This document shows, piece after piece, positions 62,940 through 64,000 of a stretch of 64,000 nucleotides of DNA; within the stretch, counting starts at the first letter, position 1, and each line of letters starts with the position of its first letter. The translations under genes and the position numbers were made by a program. The notes below the pieces were generated by a model. The model worked only from the letters and a program-made list of their open reading frames with translations. It had not been told where the DNA came from and ran no database searches. Origin of the DNA: Felis catus (taxonomy: Eukaryota); assembly GCF_018350175.1 (NCBI RefSeq), contig NC_058375.1, positions 17,050,001 through 17,114,000 of the forward strand, given 5' to 3'.

Positions 62940-64000
62940 TCAAAAGCTTTTCTCTTGAACGTTACATAATTTTTACTATGAAGCAAGATATAAATTCCCA
63001 CTCACACCTTAACCAGGCCTCCCAATCACGGGTCAGGCAAAGTCAAAAACAACCAACTGCTAAGATAAAATGACTACAAGAACCCTTAAGCAGAAAGATA
63101 ACAACCCTTGGGGGAAGGGATATGTTTTAAAAAGATGACTCAACTGGATGACCCTAATGAAGGAAACTACATTACTAGACTTCATATTCTAGTGTCTAGT
63201 ATCTAGGTCTTGGAGAAAATCTCAATTATCTGAATCTTGGTTTAATAGTAAAATAAAAAAATAAAGACTTTCATTCATTCTAAGGCCCTTTCAAGTTCTA
63301 AAAGGCTCAATCTCTTTGCAAGAGGCCCCTAATAAAGGAAGACACTAGCCATGATAGTACCCAAAAGGCAAGGTACAAAAGTCATAAGTTTGGCCACCAG
63401 CCTGGCCCTGGCAAATAGGCTTCCTAGCTACTCTAGCCTTCCCATAACCTGACAGTGAACATCAATGGTACCACTAAAATTAAACATGGGGGAAAGAGTG
63501 CATACTGGCTTTAACAGTGTGCCCACTAGAATGTTGGCTGTGACGCCTTTAAGGATCTGGTCTGACCATCTACAGATGGTTTAAATCTGCCACTACTGAT
63601 TGTTTCCATCCTCTCCAGTGAAATCAAACTGAATATTTATTGTCTACCACTAAATATACTAAACACTTTCTCATTATCTTCATTCTCTATTTTTTCTTTG
63701 ATTTAGCATTTTGCATGTTAAAAGACCTATTAAAAAATTTAAAAATCTAGTCACAAGTAAATAACTAGACGTTTCAATTAGTAGAAAACCAAAAAAAAAA
63801 GAAAAAACCAATTGAGCATAAGCAAGCTTTTTCTATAGCATCTAAGTCTACATAGCCAATGCCACATTCTTTCAGAGACTGCTCCTTCCCAGAGATGTGG
63901 CTGATGGTGAAAATGCCATATAATATAAGCAGAGAAGACCAGAATTTGGTTTTCTGCTGACTCATCAACAACACATCTTAATATAAAGGCTACAGGGGCG

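Noticed and set aside
17252-62943. Many 60-120 aa ORFs of the type MAQSVKRPTSAQVMIS...
   Set aside because: These are translations of Can-SINE consensus sequence.

Overview
Mammalian genomic DNA, most likely a carnivore and probably a felid: Can-SINE/SINEC_Fc-type SINEs and carnivore L1 3' ends occur throughout. Two convergent genes are present. On +, the last five coding exons and 3' UTR of KDM1A (LSD1) span 270-~4980. On -, most of LUZP1 is present: a 107-nt non-coding exon (42820-42926), the ~3.2-kb main coding exon (12096-15283, ATG at 15164), and the last exon (CDS 10133-10288) with a long 3' UTR running toward KDM1A. The LUZP1 promoter lies beyond the right end of the window. The rest is LUZP1 intron packed with about 40 SINEs, L1, L2, MIR, MLT1 and MER elements, plus eight 129-185 nt N-runs. 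The most interesting signals are in the LUZP1 5' leader. (1) Splicing 42820 to 15283 creates a 37-aa uORF whose ATG is the last three bases of the upstream exon; the same junction creates a TGA that closes another open frame (ATGA overlap), and an alternative donor would remove this ATG. (2) A tail-less L1 fragment with a 9-bp TSD sits inside the polypyrimidine tract of the main coding exon. It displaces the apparent ancestral branch point and places new AG acceptors at the right distance from it. Repeat boundaries are approximate and subfamily names come from recognition, not from a search. Comparisons with human proteins are from memory.
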